From NCBI GenBank assembly GCA_002269645.1, contig NIVC01001412.1, positions 1 through 64,000 on the forward strand: a stretch of 64,000 bases of DNA, given 5' to 3'. Numbering within the stretch: the first letter of the stretch is position 1; the number at the start of each line of letters is the position of its first letter. The translations under genes were made by a program, and so were the position numbers. This document shows, piece after piece, positions 1-13,944 of the stretch. The notes below the pieces were generated by a model, which searched no databases, had not been told where the DNA came from, and worked only from the letters and a program-made list of their open reading frames with translations. The DNA comes from Macrostomum lignano. Lineage: Eukaryota.

Positions 1-3000
1 TAATTGCTAGGAAAAATGCACTGCAGTGTTTAAGCATCTCTCTGAGGGGCCCTTGCATGCATGACCCGATCTGAGAGTTAAAAGTACAAAAAGTTATAAC
101 GCTTCTAGACACGAAAACGAATGCAGCCACAGCATGAACTAACCTTTCATTGAAGCTTCTGCTTAAGACTTTGATGCTGTGAAGCATTCTGGCATCTAGC
201 ATTACTCTCGTAGACTATTAGCTGCTCTCCTGAGTTCGAAGCTGACAGGTCGTTGCAGTCGGCATCGATTGAGTCGACTGCCAATTTAGTCAATGGGTTT
301 CGTTTCTTCTTTTCACTGGAACCTGTGGTGGGATTAGCAAAAGATCGATTTCGCATATCTATTTAGTGATTTCAAGGACGACAAAATCATTCTTCTCTGC
401 ATGTCAGCTCCAGAAGATGCTAGTTTGCTTGCAGCTTTCTGTAGGAGCATTCTACTTTAGTAAAGTGTACCCATTCTAAAATAAGCTGTTTTTAATATGT
501 CCCAACAAGTCTCTGTGCAGTGTGTCATCCGTTTGCCCATCAATTTGTTCTGGAGCCCTTTATTAATTGAGTTCTTTAGGTGACTTAACAAATGCGGAAA
601 AAACTAGACACACACACAGTGGCCCAACACTTCGTGTCCCAATAATTGCTAGGAAAAATGCACTGCAGTGTTTAAGCATCTCTCTGAGGGGCCCTTGCAT
701 GCATAGCTATAGAATCTGCTAAGACCCGATCTGAGAGTTAAAAGTACAAAAAGTTATAACGCTTCTAGACACGAAAACGAATGCAGCCACAGCATGAACT
801 AACCTTTCATTGAAGCTTCTGCTTAAGACTTTGATGCTGTGAAGCATTCTGGCATCTAGCATTACTCTCGTAGACTATTAGCTGCTCTCCTGAGTTCGAA
901 GCTGACAGGTCAGTTGCAGTCGGCATCGATTGAGTCGACTGCCAATTTAGTCAATGGGTTTCGTTTCTTCTTTTCACTGGAACCTGTGGTGGGATTAGCA
1001 AAAGATCGATTTCGCATATCTATTTAGTGATTTCAAGGACGACAAAATCATTCTTCTCTGCATGTCAGCTCCAGAAGATGCTAGTTTGCTTGCAGCTTTC
1101 TGTAGGAGCATTCTACTTTAGTAAAGTGTACCCATTCTAAAATAAGCTGTTTTTAATATGTCCCAACAAGTCTCTGTGCAGTGTGTCATCCGTTTGCCCA
1201 TCAATTTGTTCTGGAGCCCTTTATTAATTGAGTTCTTTAGGTGACTTAACAAATGCGGAAAAAACTAGACACACACACAGTGGCCCAACACTTCGTGTCC
1301 CAATAATTGCTAGGAAAAATGCACTGCAGTGTTTAAGCATCTCTCTGAGGGGCCCTTGCATGCATAGCTATAGAATCTGCTAAGACCCGATCTGAGAGTT
1401 AAAAGTACAAAAAGTTATAACGCTTCTAGACACGAAAACGAATGCAGCCACAGCATGAACTAACCTTTCATTGAAGCTTCTGCTTAAGACTTTGATGCTG
1501 TGAAGCATTCTGGCATCTAGCATTACTCTCGTAGACTATTAGCTGCTCTCCTGAGTTCGAAGCTGACAGGTCCGTTGCAGTCGGCATCGATTGAGTCGAC
1601 TGCCAATTTAGTCAATGGGTTTCGTTTCTTCTTTTCACTGGAACCTGTGGTGGGATTAGCAAAAGATCGATTTCGCATATCTATTTAGTGATTTCAAGGA
1701 CGACAAAATCATTCTTCTCTGCATGTCAGCTCCAGAAGATGCTAGTTTGCTTGCAGCTTTCTGTAGGAGCATTCTACTTTAGTAAAGTGTACCCATTCTA
1801 AAATAAGCTGTTTTTAATATGTCCCAACAAGTCTCTGTGCAGTGTGTCATCCGTTTGCCCATCAATTTGTTCTGGAGCCCTTTATTAATTGAGTTCTTTA
1901 GGTGACTTAACAAATGCGGAAAAAACTAGACACACACACAGTGGCCCAACACTTCGTGTCCCAATAATTGCTAGGAAAAATGCACTGCAGTGTTTAAGCA
2001 TCTCCTCTGAGGGCCCTTGCATGCATAGCTATAGAATCTGCTAAGACCCGATCTGAGAGTTAAAAGTACAAAAAGTTATAACGCTTCTAGACACGAAAAC
2101 GAATGCAGCCACAGCATGAACTAACCTTTCATTGAAGCTTCTGCTTAAGACTTTGATGCTGTGAAGCATTCTGGCATCTAGCATTACTCTCGTAGACTAT
2201 TAGCTGCTCTCCTGAGTTCGAAGCTGACAGGTCCGTTGCAGTCGGCATCGATTGAGTCGACTGCCAATTTAGTCAATGGGTTTCGTTTCTTCTTTTCACT
2301 GGAACCTGTGGTGGGATTAGCAAAAGATCGATTTCGCATATCGATTTAGTGATTTCAAGGACGACAAAATCATTCTTCTCTGCATGTCAGCTCCAGAAGA
2401 TGCTAGTTTGCTTGCAGCTTTCTGTAGGAGCATTCTACTTTAGTAAAGTGTACCCATTCTAAAATAAGCTGTTTTTAATATGTCCCAACAAGTCTCTGTG
2501 CAGTGTGTCATCCGTTTGCCCATCAATTTGTTCTGGAGCCCTTTATTAATTGAGTTCTTTAGGTGACTTAACAAATGCGGAAAAAACTAGACACACACAC
2601 AGTGGCCCAACACTTCGTGTCCCAATAATTGCTAGGAAAAATGCACTGCAGTGTTTAAGCATCTCTCTGAGGGGCCCTTGCATGCATAGCTATAGAATCT
2701 GCTAAGACCCGATCTGAGAGTTAAAAGTACAAAAAGTTATAACGCTTCTAGACACGAAAACGAATGCAGCCACAGCATGAACTAACCTTTCATTGAAGCT
2801 TCTGCTTAAGACTTTGATGCTGTGAAGCATTCTGGCATCTAGCATTACTCTCGTAGACTATTAGCTGCTCTCCTGAGTTCGAAGCTGACAGGTCCGTTGC
2901 AGTCGGCATCGATTGAGTCGACTGCCAATTTAGTCAATGGGTTTCGTTTCTTCTTTTCACTGGAACCTGTGGTGGGATTAGCAAAAGATCGATTTCGCAT

Positions 3001-6000
3001 ATCTGTTTAGTGATTTCAAGGACGACAAAATCATTCTTCTCTGCATGTCAGCTCCAGAAGATGCTAGTTTGCTTGCAGCTTTCTGTAGGAGCATTCTACT
3101 TTAGTAAAGTGTACCCATTCTAAAATAAGCTGTTTTTAATATGTCCCAACAAGTCTCTGTGCAGTGTGTCATCCGTTTGCCCATCAATTTGTTCTGGAGC
3201 CCTTTATTAATTGAGTTCTTTAGGTGACTTAACAAATGCGGAAAAAACTAGACACACACACAGTGGCCCAACACTTCGTGTCCCAATAATTGCTAGGAAA
3301 AATGCACTGCAGTGTTTAAGCATCTCTCTGAGGGGCCCTTGCATGCATAGCTATAGAATCTGCTAAGACCCGATCTGAGAGTTAAAAGTACAAAAAGTTA
3401 TAACGCTTCTAGACACGAAAACGAATGCAGCCACAGCATGAACTAACCTTTCATTGAAGCTTCTGCTTAAGACTTTGATGCTGTGAAGCATTCTGGCATC
3501 TAGCATTACTCTCGTAGACTATTAGCTGCTCTCCTGAGTTCGAAGCTGACAGGTCAGTTGCAGTCGGCATCGATTGAGTCGACTGCCAATTTAGTCAATG
3601 GGTTTCGTTTCTTCTTTTCACTGGAACCTGTGGTGGGATTAGCAAAAGATCGATTTCGCATATCTATTTAGTGATTTCAAGGACGACAAAATCATTCTTC
3701 TCTGCATGTCAGCTCCAGAAGATGCTAGTTTGCTTGCAGCTTTCTGTAGGAGCATTCTACTTTAGTAAAGTGTACCCATTCTAAAATAAGCTGTTTTTAA
3801 TATGTCCCAACAAGTCTCTGTGCAGTGTGTCATCCGTTTGCCCATCAATTTGTTCTGGAGCCCTTTATTAATTGAGTTCTTTAGGTGACTTAACAAATGC
3901 GGAAAAAACTAGACACACACACAGTGGCCCAACACTTCGTGTCCCAATAATTGCTAGGAAAAATGCACTGCAGTGTTTAAGCATCTCTCTGAGGGGCCCT
4001 TGCATGCATAGCTATAGAATCTGCTAAGACCCGATCTGAGAGTTAAAAGTACAAAAAGTTATAACGCTTCTAGACACGAAAACGAATGCAGCCACAGCAT
4101 GAACTAACCTTTCATTGAAGCTTCTGCTTAAGACTTTGATGCTGTGAAGCATTCTGGCATCTAGCATTACTCTCGTAGACTATTAGCTGCTCTCCTGAGT
4201 TCGAAGCTGACAGGTCAGTTGCAGTCGGCATCGATTGAGTCGACTGCCAATTTAGTCAATGGGTTTCGTTTCTTCTTTTCACTGGAACCTGTGGTGGGAT
4301 TAGCAAAAGATCGATTTCGCATATCGATTTAGTGATTTCAAGGACGACAAAATCATTCTTCTCTGCATGTCAGCTCCAGAAGATGCTAGTTTGCTTGCAG
4401 CTTTCTGTAGGAGCATTCTACTTTAGTAAAGTGTACCCATTCTAAAATAAGCTGTTTTTAATATGTCCCAACAAGTCTCTGTGCAGTGTGTCATCCGTTT
4501 GCCCATCAATTTGTTCTGGAGCCCTTTATTAATTGAGTTCTTTAGGTGACTTAACAAATGCGGAAAAAACTAGACACACACACAGTGGCCCAACACTTCG
4601 TGTCCCAATAATTGCTAGGAAAAATGCACTGCAGTGTTTAAGCATCTCTTCTGAGGGGCCCTTGCATGCATAGCTATAGAATCTGCTAAGACCCGATCTG
4701 AGAGTTAAAAGTACAAAAAGTTATAACGCTTCTAGACACGAAAACGAATGCAGCCACAGCATGAACTAACCTTTCATTGAAGCTTCTGCTTAAGACTTTG
4801 ATGCTGTGAAGCATTCTGGCATCTAGCATTACTCTCGTAGACTATTAGCTGCTCTCCTGAGTTCGAAGCTGACAGGTCAGTTGCAGTCGGCATCGATTGA
4901 GTCGACTGCCAATTTAGTCAATGGGTTTCGTTTCTTCTTTTCACTGGAACCTGTGGTGGGATTAGCAAAAGATCGATTTCGCATATCTGTTTAGTGATTT
5001 CAAGGACGACAAAATCATTCTTCTCTGCATGTCAGCTCCAGAAGATGCTAGTTTGCTTGCAGCTTTCTGTAGGAGCATTCTACTTTAGTAAAGTGTACCC
5101 ATTCTAAAATAAGCTGTTTTTAATATGTCCCAACAAGTCTCTGTGCAGTGTGTCATCCGTTTGCCCATCAATTTGTTCTGGAGCCCTTTATTAATTGAGT
5201 TCTTTAGGTGACTTAACAAATGCGGAAAAAACTAGACACACACACAGTGGCCCAACACTTCGTGTCCCAATAATTGCTAGGAAAAATGCACTGCAGTGTT
5301 TAAGCATCTCTCTGAGGGGCCCTTGCATGCATAGCTATAGAATCTGCTAAGACCCGATCTGAGAGTTAAAAGTACAAAAAGTTATAACGCTTCTAGACAC
5401 GAAAACGAATGCAGCCACAGCATGAACTAACCTTTCATTGAAGCTTCTGCTTAAGACTTTGATGCTGTGAAGCATTCTGGCATCTAGCATTACTCTCGTA
5501 GACTATTAGCTGCTCTCCTGAGTTCGAAGCTGACAGGTCAGTTGCAGTCGGCATCGATTGAGTCGACTGCCAATTTAGTCAATGGGTTTCGTTTCTTCTT
5601 TTCACTGGAACCTGTGGTGGGATTAGCAAAAGATCGATTTCGCATATCTGTTTAGTGATTTCAAGGACGACAAAATCATTCTTCTCTGCATGTCAGCTCC
5701 AGAAGATGCTAGTTTGCTTGCAGCTTTCTGTAGGAGCATTCTACTTTAGTAAAGTGTACCCATTCTAAAATAAGCTGTTTTTAATCTGTCCCAACAAGTC
5801 TCTGTGCAGTGTGTCATCCGTTTGCCCATCAATTTGTTCTGGAGCCCTTTATTAATTGAGTTCTTTAGGTGACTTAACAAATGCGGAAAAAACTAGACAC
5901 ACACACAGTGGCCCAACACTTCGTGTCCCAATAATTGCTAGGAAAAATGCACTGCAGTGTTTAAGCATCTCTCTGAGGGGCCCTTGCATGCATAGCTATA

Positions 6001-9000
6001 GAATCTGCTAAGACCCGATCTGAGAGTTAAAAGTACAAAAAGTTATAACGCTTCTAGACACGAAAACGAATGCAGCCACAGCATGAACTAACCTTTCATT
6101 GAAGCTTCTGCTTAAGACTTTGATGCTGTGAAGCATTCTGGCATCTAGCATTACTCTCGTAGACTATTAGCTGCTCTCCTGAGTTCGAAGCTGACAGGTC
6201 AGTTGCAGTCGGCATCGATTGAGTCGACTGCCAATTTAGTCAATGGGTTTCGTTTCTTCTTTTCACTGGAACCTGTGGTGGGATTAGCAAAAGATCGATT
6301 TCGCATATCTGTTTAGTGATTTCAAGGACGACAAAATCATTCTTCTCTGCATGTCAGCTCCAGAAGATGCTAGTTTGCTTGCAGCTTTCTGTAGGAGCAT
6401 TCTACTTTAGTAAAGTGTACCCATTCTAAAATAAGCTGTTTTTAATATGTCCCAACAAGTCTCTGTGCAGTGTGTCATCCGTTTGCCCATCAATTTGTTC
6501 TGGAGCCCTTTATTAATTGAGTTCTTTAGGTGACTTAACAAATGCGGAAAAAACTAGACACACACACAGTGGCCCAACACTTCGTGTCCCAATAATTGCT
6601 AGGAAAAATGCACTGCAGTGTTTAAGCATCTCTTCTGAGGGGCCCTTGCATGCATAGCTATAGAATCTGCTAAGACCCGATCTGAGAGTTAAAAGTACAA
6701 AAAGTTATAACGCTTCTAGACACGAAAACGAATGCAGCCACAGCATGAACTAACCTTTCATTGAAGCTTCTGCTTAAGACTTTGATGCTGTGAAGCATTC
6801 TGGCATCTAGCATTACTCTCGTAGACTATTAGCTGCTCTCCTGAGTTCGAAGCTGACAGGTCAGTTGCAGTCGGCATCGATTGAGTCGACTGCCAATTTA
6901 GTCAATGGGTTTCGTTTCTTCTTTTCACTGGAACCTGTGGTGGGATTAGCAAAAGATCGATTTCGCATATCTGTTTAGTGATTTCAAGGACGACAAAATC
7001 ATTCTTCTCTGCATGTCAGCTCCAGAAGATGCTAGTTTGCTTGCAGCTTTCTGTAGGAGCATTCTACTTTAGTAAAGTGTACCCATTCTAAAATAAGCTG
7101 TTTTTAATCTGTCCCAACAAGTCTCTGTGCAGTGTGTCATCCGTTTGCCCATCAATTTGTTCTGGAGCCCTTTATTAATTGAGTTCTTTAGGTGACTTAA
7201 CAAATGCGGAAAAAACTAGACACACACACAGTGGCCCAACACTTCGTGTCCCAATAATTGCTAGGAAAAATGCACTGCAGTGTTTAAGCATCTCTTCTGA
7301 GGGGCCCTTGCATGCATAGCTATAGAATCTGCTAAGACCCGATCTGAGAGTTAAAAGTACAAAAAGTTATAACGCTTCTAGACACGAAAACGAATGCAGC
7401 CACAGCATGAACTAACCTTTCATTGAAGCTTCTGCTTAAGACTTTGATGCTGTGAAGCATTCTGGCATCTAGCATTACTCTCGTAGTCTATTAGCTGCTC
7501 TCCTGAGTTCGAAGCTGACAGGTCAGTTGCAGTCGGCATCGATTGAGTCGACTGCCAATTTAGTCAATGGGTTTCGTTTCTTCTTTTCACTGGAACCTGT
7601 GGTGGGATTAGCAAAAGATCGATTTCGCATATCTGTTTAGTGATTTCAAGGACGACAAAATCATTCTTCTCTGCATGTCAGCTCCAGAAGATGCTAGTTT
7701 GCTTGCAGCTTTCTGTAGGAGCATTCTACTTTAGTAAAGTGTACCCATTCTAAAATAAGCTGTTTTTAATCTGTCCCAACAAGTCTCTGTGCAGTGTGTC
7801 ATCCGTTTGCCCATCAATTTGTTCTGGAGCCCTTTATTAATTGAGTTCTTTAGGTGACTTAACAAATGCGGAAAAAACTAGACACACACACAGTGGCCCA
7901 ACACTTCGTGTCCCAATAATTGCTAGGAAAAATGCACTGCAGTGTTTAAGCATCTCTTCTGAGGGGCCCTTGCATGCATAGCTATAGAATCTGCTAAGAC
8001 CCGATCTGAGAGTTAAAAGTACAAAAAGTTATAACGCTTCTAGACACGAAAACGAATGCAGCCACAGCATGAACTAACCTTTCATTGAAGCTTCTGCTTA
8101 AGACTTTGATGCTGTGAAGCATTCTGGCATCTAGCATTACTCTCGTAGACTATTAGCTGCTCTCCTGAGTTCGAAGCTGACAGGTCAGTTGCAGTCGGCA
8201 TCGATTGAGTCGACTGCCAATTTAGTCAATGGGTTTCGTTTCTTCTTTTCACTGGAACCTGTGGTGGGATTAGCAAAAGATCGATTTCGCATATCTATTT
8301 AGTGATTTCAAGGACGACAAAATCATTCTTCTCTGCATGTCAGCTCCAGAAGATGCTAGTTTGCTTGCAGCTTTCTGTAGGAGCATTCTACTTTAGTAAA
8401 GTGTACCCATTCTAAAATAAGCTGTTTTTAATATGTCCCAACAAGTCTCTGTGCAGTGTGTCATCCGTTTGCCCATCAATTTGTTCTGGAGCCCTTTATT
8501 AATTGAGTTCTTTAGGTGACTTAACAAATGCGGAAAAAACTAGACACACACACAGTGGCCCAACACTTCGTGTCCCAATAATTGCTAGGAAAAATGCACT
8601 GCAGTGTTTAAGCATCTCTTCTGAGGGGCCCTTGCATGCATAGCTATAGAATCTGCTAAGACCCGATCTGAGAGTTAAAAGTACAAAAAGTTATAACGCT
8701 TCTAGACACGAAAACGAATGCAGCCACAGCATGAACTAACCTTTCATTGAAGCTTCTGCTTAAGACTTTGATGCTGTGAAGCATTCTGGCATCTAGCATT
8801 ACTCTCGTAGTCTATTAGCTGCTCTCCTGAGTTCGAAGCTGACAGGTCAGTTGCAGTCGGCATCGATTGAGTCGACTGCCAATTTAGTCAATGGGTTTCG
8901 TTTCTTCTTTTCACTGGAACCTGTGGTGGGATTAGCAAAAGATCGATTTCGCATATCTGTTTAGTGATTTCAAGGACGACAAAATCATTCTTCTCTGCAT

Positions 9001-12000
9001 GTCAGCTCCAGAAGATGCTAGTTTGCTTGCAGCTTTCTGTAGGAGCATTCTACTTTAGTAAAGTGTACCCATTCTAAAATAAGCTGTTTTTAATCTGTCC
9101 CAACAAGTCTCTGTGCAGTGTGTCATCCGTTTGCCCATCAATTTGTTCTGGAGCCCTTTATTAATTGAGTTCTTTAGGTGACTTAACAAATGCGGAAAAA
9201 ACTAGACACACACACAGTGGCCCAACACTTCGTGTCCCAATAATTGCTAGGAAAAATGCACTGCAGTGTTTAAGCATCTCTTCTGAGGGGCCCTTGCATG
9301 CATAGCTATAGAATCTGCTAAGACCCGATCTGAGAGTTAAAAGTACAAAAAGTTATAACGCTTCTAGACACGAAAACGAATGCAGCCACAGCATGAACTA
9401 ACCTTTCATTGAAGCTTCTGCTTAAGACTTTGATGCTGTGAAGCATTCTGGCATCTAGCATTACTCTCGTAGTCTATTAGCTGCTCTCCTGAGTTCGAAG
9501 CTGACAGGTCAGTTGCAGTCGGCATCGATTGAGTCGACTGCCAATTTAGTCAATGGGTTTCGTTTCTTCTTTTCACTGGAACCTGTGGTGGGATTAGCAA
9601 AAGATCGATTTCGCATATCGATTTAGTGATTTCAAGGACGACAAAATCATTCTTCTCTGCATGTCAGCTCCAGAAGATGCTAGTTTGCTTGCAGCTTTCT
9701 GTAGGAGCATTCTACTTTAGTAAAGTGTACCCATTCTAAAATAAGCTGTTTTTAATCTGTCCCAACAAGTCTCTGTGCAGTGTGTCATCCGTTTGCCCAT
9801 CAATTTGTTCTGGAGCCCTTTATTAATTGAGTTCTTTAGGTGACTTAACAAATGCGGAAAAAACTAGACACACACACAGTGGCCCAACACTTCGTGTCCC
9901 AATAATTGCTAGGAAAAATGCACTGCAGTGTTTAAGCATCTCTTCTGAGGGGCCCTTGCATGCATAGCTATAGAATCTGCTAAGACCCGATCTGAGAGTT
10001 AAAAGTACAAAAAGTTATAACGCTTCTAGACACGAAAACGAATGCAGCCACAGCATGAACTAACCTTTCATTGAAGCTTCTGCTTAAGACTTTGATGCTG
10101 TGAAGCATTCTGGCATCTAGCATTACTCTCGTAGACTATTAGCTGCTCTCCTGAGTTCGAAGCTGACAGGTCAGTTGCAGTCGGCATCGATTGAGTCGAC
10201 TGCCAATTTAGTCAATGGGTTTCGTTTCTTCTTTTCACTGGAACCTGTGGTGGGATTAGCAAAAGATCGATTTCGCATATCGATTTAGTGATTTCAAGGA
10301 CGACAAAATCATTCTTCTCTGCATGTCAGCTCCAGAAGATGCTAGTTTGCTTGCAGCTTTCTGTAGGAGCATTCTACTTTAGTAAAGTGTACCCATTCTA
10401 AAATAAGCTGTTTTTAATATGTCCCAACAAGTCTCTGTGCAGTGTGTCATCCGTTTGCCCATCAATTTGTTCTGGAGCCCTTTATTAATTGAGTTCTTTA
10501 GGTGACTTAACAAATGCGGAAAAAACTAGACACACACACAGTGGCCCAACACTTCGTGTCCCAATAATTGCTAGGAAAAATGCACTGCAGTGTTTAAGCA
10601 TCTCTTCTGAGGGGCCCTTGCATGCATAGCTATAGAATCTGCTAAGACCCGATCTGAGAGTTAAAAGTACAAAAAGTTATAACGCTTCTAGACACGAAAA
10701 CGAATGCAGCCACAGCATGAACTAACCTTTCATTGAAGCTTCTGCTTAAGACTTTGATGCTGTGAAGCATTCTGGCATCTAGCATTACTCTCGTAGTCTA
10801 TTAGCTGCTCTCCTGAGTTCGAAGCTGACAGGTCAGTTGCAGTCGGCATCGATTGAGTCGACTGCCAATTTAGTCAATGGGTTTCGTTTCTTCTTTTCAC
10901 TGGAACCTGTGGTGGGATTAGCAAAAGATCGATTTCGCATATCGATTTAGTGATTTCAAGGACGACAAAATCATTCTTCTCTGCATGTCAGCTCCAGAAG
11001 ATGCTAGTTTGCTTGCAGCTTTCTGTAGGAGCATTCTACTTTAGTAAAGTGTACCCATTCTAAAATAAGCTGTTTTTAATATGTCCCAACAAGTCTCTGT
11101 GCAGTGTGTCATCCGTTTGCCCATCAATTTGTTCTGGAGCCCTTTATTAATTGAGTTCTTTAGGTGACTTAACAAATGCGGAAAAAACTAGACACACACA
11201 CAGTGGCCCAACACTTCGTGTCCCAATAATTGCTAGGAAAAATGCACTGCAGTGTTTAAGCATCTCTTCTGAGGGGCCCTTGCATGCATAGCTATAGAAA
11301 TCTGCTAAGACCCATCTGAGAGTTAAAAGTACAAAAAGTTATAACGCTTCTAGACACGAAAACGAATGCAGCCACAGCATGAACTAACCTTTCATTGAAG
11401 CTTCTGCTTAAGACTTTGATGCTGTGAAGCATTCTGGCATCTAGCATTACTCTCGTAGACTATTAGCTGCTCTCCTGAGTTCGAAGCTGACAGGTCAGTT
11501 GCAGTCGGCATCGATTGAGTCGACTGCCAATTTAGTCAATGGGTTTCGTTTCTTCTTTTCACTGGAACCTGTGGTGGGATTAGCAAAAGATCGATTTCGC
11601 ATATCTGTTTAGTGATTTCAAGGACGACAAAATCATTCTTCTCTGCATGTCAGCTCCAGAAGATGCTAGTTTGCTTGCAGCTTTCTGTAGGAGCATTCTA
11701 CTTTAGTAAAGTGTACCCATTCTAAAATAAGCTGTTTTTAATCTGTCCCAACAAGTCTCTGTGCAGTGTGTCATCCGTTTGCCCATCAATTTGTTCTGGA
11801 GCCCTTTATTAATTGAGTTCTTTAGGTGACTTAACAAATGCGGAAAAAACTAGACACACACACAGTGGCCCAACACTTCGTGTCCCAATAATTGCTAGGA
11901 AAAATGCACTGCAGTGTTTAAGCATCTCTTCTGAGGGGCCCTTGCATGCATAGCTATAGAATCTGCTAAGACCGGATCTGAGAGTTAAAAGTACAAAACT

Positions 12001-12005
12001 TATAA
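1..12005. repeat. 661-bp satellite array, 18 full units plus a ~115-bp partial unit; continues off the left edge
   Basis: TAATTGCTAGG recurs at 1, 643, 1304, 1965, 2626, 3287, 3948, 4609, 5271, 5932, 6593, 7255, 7917, 8579, 9241, 9903, 10565, 11227, 11889 (period 661-662). Unit 1 is 642 bp because of an 18-bp and a 1-bp deletion. Units differ at only a handful of sites. Confidence 0.98.
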
Positions 12006-13944
12006 TTTTTGTGGTTGGACACGTAGGCTATTGAATGTCAATGGATTCAGACGAAATGTCAAGTTTTACTCAAAGCTTTTACAGCTTACCGGTTAAAGTC
12101 GACGGATCCTTTGGCAATTGCGCCACATGGCAGTTGATCAAAGGTGATATACCTGAAGGAAAGGTAGGTACTGCTTAGCAGGAGCAGTATTTTTTATAGC
12201 ATTTAAATATAAATGCTTCTTGTTTCCGACAAAGTTTTTTAATACCACTTACATGTTTATCGCTGTGCCATTCCATGCTGTTCTTTCCATACCATGGTGA
12301 CTCGGGTGCCATGGCAGAGGCAGAGTTGACCATTGATTTCAGCATGGCGAGTACATGCCAATTTTGTTTACCGTACGTTTGCGGGGTGGCGTCAATAATA
12401 GACCAAAATAAATGTACACCTAACTAACAAGGGGACTCTGGTAAATTGGAGCCATGTACACAGGGGGGTAGGGCTTAGTCCTAACATGTATGGGGTAAGT
12501 CCTAATATGAGTGGGCTTTTGTAAACGACACTCTAGCACACAGTCCCAACAATTTATAGAATATCGAATGCGCGCAGCAGTCAATAGCATGAGTCCTAAC
12601 AAGAGTGGGCTGTTGTATTCAACACTGCAACACTGTCCTAACAATTTAGTTCGTGTAGAGTACTGATGCCCATCACAGTCAGAAGTACATGTAAGCCCTT
12701 GTCATTTCTTTAGGTTTATCTCCATCCAGAACCATCCTTTGACAATAAAATACCCTTAAAAGTGTTTTGCTATGCTTTGCTTTGTATGTATTTTAATGTA
12801 TGCTATGTATTTACGTCTTGAAACAAAGACTGCAGCAAATGAATGCGCTTGAAATCTACTATTAGTAAAAATATGAGAAAAAAACAATAAAAATATGCGG
12901 GAGCAGATTAGCCATTTCAGTGTCCCAATAGTGATTTGGTCGAATTTTGTATCATTTTTCCTTATTGGGACGCCAGTTTTTGCTTATTTATTGACACAGC
13001 AAGTAAAATTATTAAAAATGAGTTGCACCATCAAAAAGAGGCTGTCGAGCTGAATCCATAGAGTATTTTTTTGAGCTGCTATTGTAAGTTTTTTGGAAGT
13101 GTTGGACGGACTTGATGGGACAGTCCCAACATTTTTTTTGGCCCAACAGTGCGGGTCCCGTTGTACGCGTATGGCCCAACAAATGCCCCGTGCGCAAACA
13201 CACACACACACCCAGTCACACAACTTGCCGTTAAACCAGTTCTTATTGAAATGCCCTCCCCAGAGTGCGCAGCTAAAAGTACATCTGAGATTAATGGTCT
13301 CATTCAGCTGAACTGAATGACAGAGATAAACCAGCATATGCACAAGCATGTCACATGATGCACCGTTAGTCCATATCTGGAAGCCACTTCCACTGGGGGG
13401 TGTGGCCCCAGTGACACAGGACTCATCTCAGCAAGTGTTATTTAAAGACCAACCCAGCTCAGCCCATAATACCAAATTAAAACACTGAGTTCTGGCAGCA
13501 ACCTCAGTCGCAGCGCACTGAAAGTTCACTGCTGCCCCACCCCTCTGTATTCTGCATGTCTCTGCACTGCAGTGCATTTCTGTGTCGGACCACAACTTAG
13601 CTGAGAAAGGAGTGCCGTACAGTGTTGCTGGGGGGTCTATCAATATGGATGAGAGCGACCTCGGCCTTCCCAAGGGCGTTCTCTTAGCGCTGCGCACCCC
13701 GCTAAGCCCAGTGGCCAGGGGTGAAGCCACACCGCTAGGCCAGTGACGGCATGTCCGAAGAGACCGAAACCTGTGGTCTGGAGTGTCAACTCCTTTCATA
13801 ATGCCCCGGAGTTTTTTAGGTTCAAATGAGATAATATGAAACATCTTGGCAAGTTTTGTTTTGGCAAGCTGTAATTTGGTCTCATTTTTAGTTTGCGCTT
13901 ATATTCATTTTCAATCCCAATTTGTTCATCGGGTTTATTTTCTG

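Noticed and set aside
234-242. Pol III B-box-like GTTCGAAGC in each satellite unit (tRNA/SINE origin?)
   Set aside because: No matching A-box or cloverleaf; no SL-, 5S- or snRNA-like sequence recognised.
147-356. 69-aa minus-strand ORF in the satellite
   Set aside because: It exists only because unit 1 has a 1-bp deletion; the other units hit TGA. No recognisable domain in any frame of the unit.
12035-12425. Exon-like frames on both strands next to the satellite (MSMDSDEM...|GTAGGT on +; LFWSIIDATPQ...|GTAAGT on -)
   Set aside because: The phases do not join into a continuing ORF (minus chain stops after VYHL); no family motif recognised.
12984-13844. Two same-frame minus ORFs separated by one TGA (~287 codons)
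   Set aside because: No transposase or other motif; includes a CA microsatellite and an atypical composition. Not supportable as CDS.
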